Below are positions 30,289 through 33,651 of a stretch of 33,651 bases of DNA, one piece after another (positions within the stretch are counted from its first letter, which is position 1; every line of letters starts with the position of its first letter). The notes below the pieces were generated by a model that saw nothing but the letters and a program-made list of their open reading frames with translations, was not told where the DNA came from and ran no database searches. The stretch spans positions 1-33,651 of the forward strand of contig JAZDJX010000035.1 of assembly GCA_043803505.1 (NCBI GenBank). Direction: 5' to 3'. Source of the stretch: Candidatus Aenigmatarchaeota archaeon. GTDB lineage: Archaea; Aenigmatarchaeota; Aenigmatarchaeia; GW2011-AR5. The position numbers and the translations under genes are program-made.

Positions 30289-31893
30289 TCACGCCAGTTT
30301 TTCAATCATCTTCCTGACGTATTCTTTTCCCACAGATACTATAAACGGCCCGAGCCTCGGACCTGATTCCCTGCTTATCAGCAGTTTGTATATTGTGCTG
30401 AAGAGATGCTTTGGTTCAATCCCATGCGAGCGGGCAATATCAAAAACAGATGACTGCATTTCCTCCTCGCTCAGGTCTTTTTTCAGCTCATTCGCAAGGG
30501 AATGAAGAGCACTTTTCATATTATCCTGCAAATCCATTCTTGGTGGCTCTTTGTTCAATGTTATCCGGGTTTCAGGCGTTGCATAAAGTCTTGCCCAATT
30601 CGCTGCAAGCGTAAGGCGTTTTTTTATTCTTTGCTTGTCAGATGCACTGACCTTGTCGACATGACCAGTGAATTTCAACAGGTTTAGTGCCCGTTCGATA
30701 TCGCCTGTCTGTCCTATAAGCGCTGCAAACTGGTATGGTATGCGCACAGGCAGCCGCTTCGGCACGGCTGAAAAACACATCTCATATGAGCGGCTGAGAC
30801 TTTCCTTGTCAGTTACGTTTTTTTCTTCTTCCTTGGAAAAGTAAATGCGTTCAGCGCGCTCAAAGTCGTCCACGATCTGATAAATATGTGACAAGTCAAG
30901 GTTGCGCTGCATGCCAGGTCTTTTCGTGTAATAAAACATGAACACTTCAGGCTCGACTATTTTAAGCATGTCCTGGACGATGTAGACATTTCCGACGCTT
31001 GCTGACATCTTTTCGCTGTTCACAAGGAAAAACTCATAGACAAATGGGATAGGAGGCTCGATATCGAAAATATTTCTTGCAATCTCCTGTCCTGATTGCC
31101 ACGAACCCTCTGCGTGATCCTTGCCGAACGGCTCGTATGTTGTATTGAACATTGTCCACAACGCAGGCCATTCAAAACGCCACTGGAGTTTGCCTTCTGC
31201 GATAGGTGCTTCACCTTTGTAGCCGCAACCCTCGCTTTTTCTCTTCTTTATTGCCTTGCCACCGCACACGAAAAAAACTTTTTTTGCTTTCATATCAAAT
31301 GAGCTTATGTTTGCAAGCCTGCCACAGCTCGGGCATATTGCATCGAATGGGATGTAATCATCTCCCTTTGTCTGCTGGTATTTTGCTACCAATTTCCCGG
31401 CTTCCTCTATTTTCTCAAAGACCATCTTTATGTATGGGTCGAATTTTCCCTGCTCGTATAATTCATTTACAGAATACAGCTTTGGCTTCATGCCAAGCGC
31501 ATTCACACCGTCCATCCATACCTGCGTGAAATGGCTGCTCCATGATTTGCAGCAGCCAAACGGGTCAGGAATCCTGCACAGCGGCATGCCAAGATATTTT
31601 TCCATGCTTGGTAGTGTTTCTTTTAAATGCCATTTTCCGTCAAGGTCCGCAAGCTTTTTCGGTATATCTTTCAGCGGGTCCCTGTCGTCTGTTGTGTGCA
31701 CAAACGTGCATTTGGTCCCACGTTCAATCACTGATTTATACGGAAAATAAGCCCGCACAACATCGTTCAGGTTTCCGATATGCTTTGCGCCTGACGGTGT
31801 CTGCTGGCATTTTATGTTCGGCGTTCTTTTTTCCTTTTTGCTGCGCTCGATTATCTGAGTCGCTATTTTATCTGCCCAGAATATATCTGACAT
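30289..31893 (-). CDS. lysS: Lysine--tRNA ligase, class I (archaeal type)
   Basis: HIGH-type motif SGAKHIGNLND and KMSKS-type motif SEKMSASVGN. The ~530 aa length and CPSCG zinc-knuckle insertion are typical of class I LysRS. Confidence 0.9.
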   Translation of the reverse strand: MSDIFWADKIATQIIERSKKEKRTPNIKCQQTPSGAKHIGNLNDVVRAYFPYKSVIERGTKCTFVHTTDDRDPLKDIPKKLADLDGKWHLKETLPSMEKYLGMPLCRIPDPFGCCKSWSSHFTQVWMDGVNALGMKPKLYSVNELYEQGKFDPYIKMVFEKIEEAGKLVAKYQQTKGDDYIPFDAICPSCGRLANISSFDMKAKKVFFVCGGKAIKKRKSEGCGYKGEAPIAEGKLQWRFEWPALWTMFNTTYEPFGKDHAEGSWQSGQEIARNIFDIEPPIPFVYEFFLVNSEKMSASVGNVYIVQDMLKIVEPEVFMFYYTKRPGMQRNLDLSHIYQIVDDFERAERIYFSKEEEKNVTDKESLSRSYEMCFSAVPKRLPVRIPYQFAALIGQTGDIERALNLLKFTGHVDKVSASDKQRIKKRLTLAANWARLYATPETRITLNKEPPRMDLQDNMKSALHSLANELKKDLSEEEMQSSVFDIARSHGIEPKHLFSTIYKLLISRESGPRLGPFIVSVGKEYVRKMIEKLA

Positions 31894-31941
31894 AGTATCA
31901 CAAATAAAATATTCTATTTAGTATTATTTATTTGAATCATA

Positions 31942-32038
31942 TTATTGTGAACCAAGGAAATAATCAAGATATTATAACCTGGTTCACATATAGCAAACAA
32001 GAAAAATAATATATGGGTTCTTTTCTTGTTTAGCTATA
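31942..32038. repeat. Paired long-hairpin intergenic element (type A/D)
   Basis: hp1 pairs GTGAACCAaGG (31947-57) with CCTGGTTCAC (31978-87). hp2 pairs TATAGC-AAACAAGAAAA (31989-32005) with TTTTCTTGTTT-a-GCTATA (32021-38). It lies in the divergent lysS / site-2 protease promoter gap. Confidence 0.7.
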
Positions 32039-32070
32039 ACGCTTAAAAACTACTGACATAAATTAATGTC

Positions 32071-33330
32071 ATGATTTATGTTTTATTACTTGTTGCATTA
32101 GTAGCCGGCTGGTTTGGCATTGTGTCTGCAGGATTCATGCAGGCTGACATTGCTTATTTCCTCATGTTCATTTCCGTGATTGTGCTCATCCTCTACGCAG
32201 ACAGGAAAAAAATAAAGCTGCACGGAATCGTCTTCATGAGAAGAACGAAAAAAGGAAAAGATTTCATTACTTCTGTTGCAAATAGAAGCCCAAAATTGTG
32301 GAGCACGCTTGGCACAATTGGTGTTGTTGTCGCAATATTTGCTCTTGTTATAAGCTCGTACCTTATGATTAAAATAGCGTCATCAATTATCATAGAAAAA
32401 GCCAAAATAGGTGCTGCCTTTATCTTACCAGGTCCCGTTTCATCGCCTACATTAATATCTGGTGCTTTAATTTTTCCATGGTGGATATGGGTTATTGGTG
32501 TCATGGCTGTCATGATACCGCATGAATTCTTCCACGGCATAATGTTCAGGCTTTATAAAATAAGGATAAAATCAGTTGGCTGGCTGCTTCTAGCAATACT
32601 TCCAGGCGCTTTTGTAGAGCCTGATGAAAGGCAGCTGAAAGCAGCAAAGCGCTCCGTAAAGCTTAAGGCATATGCTGCAGGGTCATTTGCCAATCTCATT
32701 GTTGCATTTATTTTTATGTTAATTGTGATATTGCTGTCATTTGCAAAACCAGCCCCCATGGGACTGTTTTATTTCAGGGTGAATGACTCACCAGCATATT
32801 ATGCAAACATGACAGGATTCATCACAGAAATCGGTGGCATGAAGATTGTTTCTTTCAATGATATATCATCTTCGCTTTCTATGTACAAACCTGGTGATGA
32901 AATAATAATAAAAACAATGCAAAATTCATCTATGTACGCCAGCTTCAATGGTGAGTTTGATCTTATAACACCAAAGTCTGCGATTATTTCAAATCTTGGC
33001 GAAACCAGAGAATATAAAATAATGCTTGCCAAGCATCCGGATAATGGTGGTCCATATATAGGCATTGCCAATCCTGCGCCTGTGTACGAGGCAAAATCAT
33101 CGCTTCTGTTTCAGACAATATACATTCTTGTATGGGTGTTTCTATTCTCACTCGGCATCGGTATAATAAATCTACTGCCATTAAAACCGCTCGATGGTGG
33201 TCTGCTGTTCGAGGAAATCCTTTCAAAATTCACTACAAGGTCTGCTATAATAACAAAAGTAGTTTCAATAGTTATGCTTGCATTGCTGGTATTTGCCATT
33301 ATCGGGCCTTTTGTGATAGGTTTGTTTTGA
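32071..33330 (+). CDS. Site-2 protease family (M50) membrane metalloprotease with PDZ-like insert
   Basis: HEFFHG (HExxH) lies in a TM segment. The second motif is INLLPLKPLDGG. There are multiple TM helices and a central soluble, PDZ-like region. Confidence 0.85.
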   Translation: MIYVLLLVALVAGWFGIVSAGFMQADIAYFLMFISVIVLILYADRKKIKLHGIVFMRRTKKGKDFITSVANRSPKLWSTLGTIGVVVAIFALVISSYLMIKIASSIIIEKAKIGAAFILPGPVSSPTLISGALIFPWWIWVIGVMAVMIPHEFFHGIMFRLYKIRIKSVGWLLLAILPGAFVEPDERQLKAAKRSVKLKAYAAGSFANLIVAFIFMLIVILLSFAKPAPMGLFYFRVNDSPAYYANMTGFITEIGGMKIVSFNDISSSLSMYKPGDEIIIKTMQNSSMYASFNGEFDLITPKSAIISNLGETREYKIMLAKHPDNGGPYIGIANPAPVYEAKSSLLFQTIYILVWVFLFSLGIGIINLLPLKPLDGGLLFEEILSKFTTRSAIITKVVSIVMLALLVFAIIGPFVIGLF

Positions 33331-33357
33331 GAAAGAATAATGAAATCATAAATGCAA

Positions 33358-33651
33358 TTATTTTAAAAATACTCTGTTAGGATTCAACTCCCCACGTATG
33401 ATTGGTTCTTGTTCTTTCTTTTTTGTCCATTTATGTCGCCCTTTGGCATATTCAAATGCTTCCCGTATGCTTACTCTCCCGTCTTCATTTGTGTCTGATT
33501 TGTTTTTATCCCTGAATGCCAGCATGAAATAACCACCAAATGTGTTATTGGTTTTGCCATAACCTCCCTGATATGGTTTTGCAGAGGCAACAGCTATGTA
33601 TCTTTCCTTGCCAATTTCTTCTGCAAATCCCCCACCGTAGCATTGGTCAAA
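33358..33651 (-). CDS. C-terminal part of a clan CD (caspase/legumain-like) cysteine peptidase; the gene continues beyond the right edge
   Basis: Absent from the track because it stays open to the window end. My reverse translation is FDQCYGGGFAEEIGKERYIAVASAKPYQ...DTNEDGRVSIREAFEYAK...RVFLK*. DxCxxGxF followed by a DG.VS..EAF.Y segment resembles C13/C14-type peptidases. Confidence 0.45.
   Translation of the reverse strand, partial: FDQCYGGGFAEEIGKERYIAVASAKPYQGGYGKTNNTFGGYFMLAFRDKNKSDTNEDGRVSIREAFEYAKGRHKWTKKKEQEPIIRGELNPNRVFLK

Noticed and set aside
32071-33330. This membrane protease as the missing prepilin peptidase
   Set aside because: Its HExxH and NxxPxxxLDG motifs identify an M50 site-2 metalloprotease. 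It is not an A24/PibD-type aspartyl prepilin peptidase, which has two conserved Asp residues, one in a GxGD-type motif.
1-33651. Alternative genetic code or stop-codon recoding
   Set aside because: TAA, TAG and TGA all terminate well-supported genes at sensible lengths (for example, albA ends in TAA, the 12313 pilin-like gene in TAG and the ATPase in TGA). No conserved gene shows an in-frame stop.

Overview
AT-rich archaeal chromosome segment. Alba, FEN-1, class I LysRS, GatC, an M50 site-2 protease and intron-containing tRNAs point to a small-genome, DPANN-like archaeon; this lineage call is inference. All three stop codons are used, so the genetic code looks standard. Housekeeping genes present: albA, fen, lysS (class I), gatC, a trans-prenyl diphosphate synthase, a ZIP metal transporter, a site-2 protease, tRNA-Leu(UAG) with two predicted introns, and tRNA-Glu(CUC) with a D-arm intron.

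Among these sits a large cell-surface locus. (1) Two divergent operons (about 14.3-16.5 kb on the minus strand, 16.6-22.6 kb on the plus strand), plus outlying genes at 12.3, 13.9 and 27.7 kb, encode at least 14 proteins. Each has either a class-III (type IV pilin-like) M-x-KG signal or an unusual M-[VD]-E-[IF] N-terminus followed by a hydrophobic helix. Many are Cys-rich, and five are 43-55 aa ORFs absent from the supplied track. (2) A FlaI/TadA/VirB11-family secretion ATPase has its upstream reading frame interrupted exactly at an A9 homopolymer. (3) A 1,497-aa protein with five TM helices carries an N-terminal zinc ribbon and a C-terminal domain with the full SLT lytic-transglycosylase motif set. 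(4) The largest pilin-like protein contains a second, catalytically degenerate SLT-like module. (5) A membrane-anchored protein has an internally duplicated, LysM-like module.

Together these suggest a pilus-like surface apparatus equipped to bind and cut bacterial-type murein, which is unexpected in an organism that should lack peptidoglycan. Several intergenic gaps carry a family of multi-hairpin elements whose stems covary while their linkers are conserved. No CRISPR array, transposase, integrase or rRNA was seen. All family assignments come from motifs read by eye and need profile searches.
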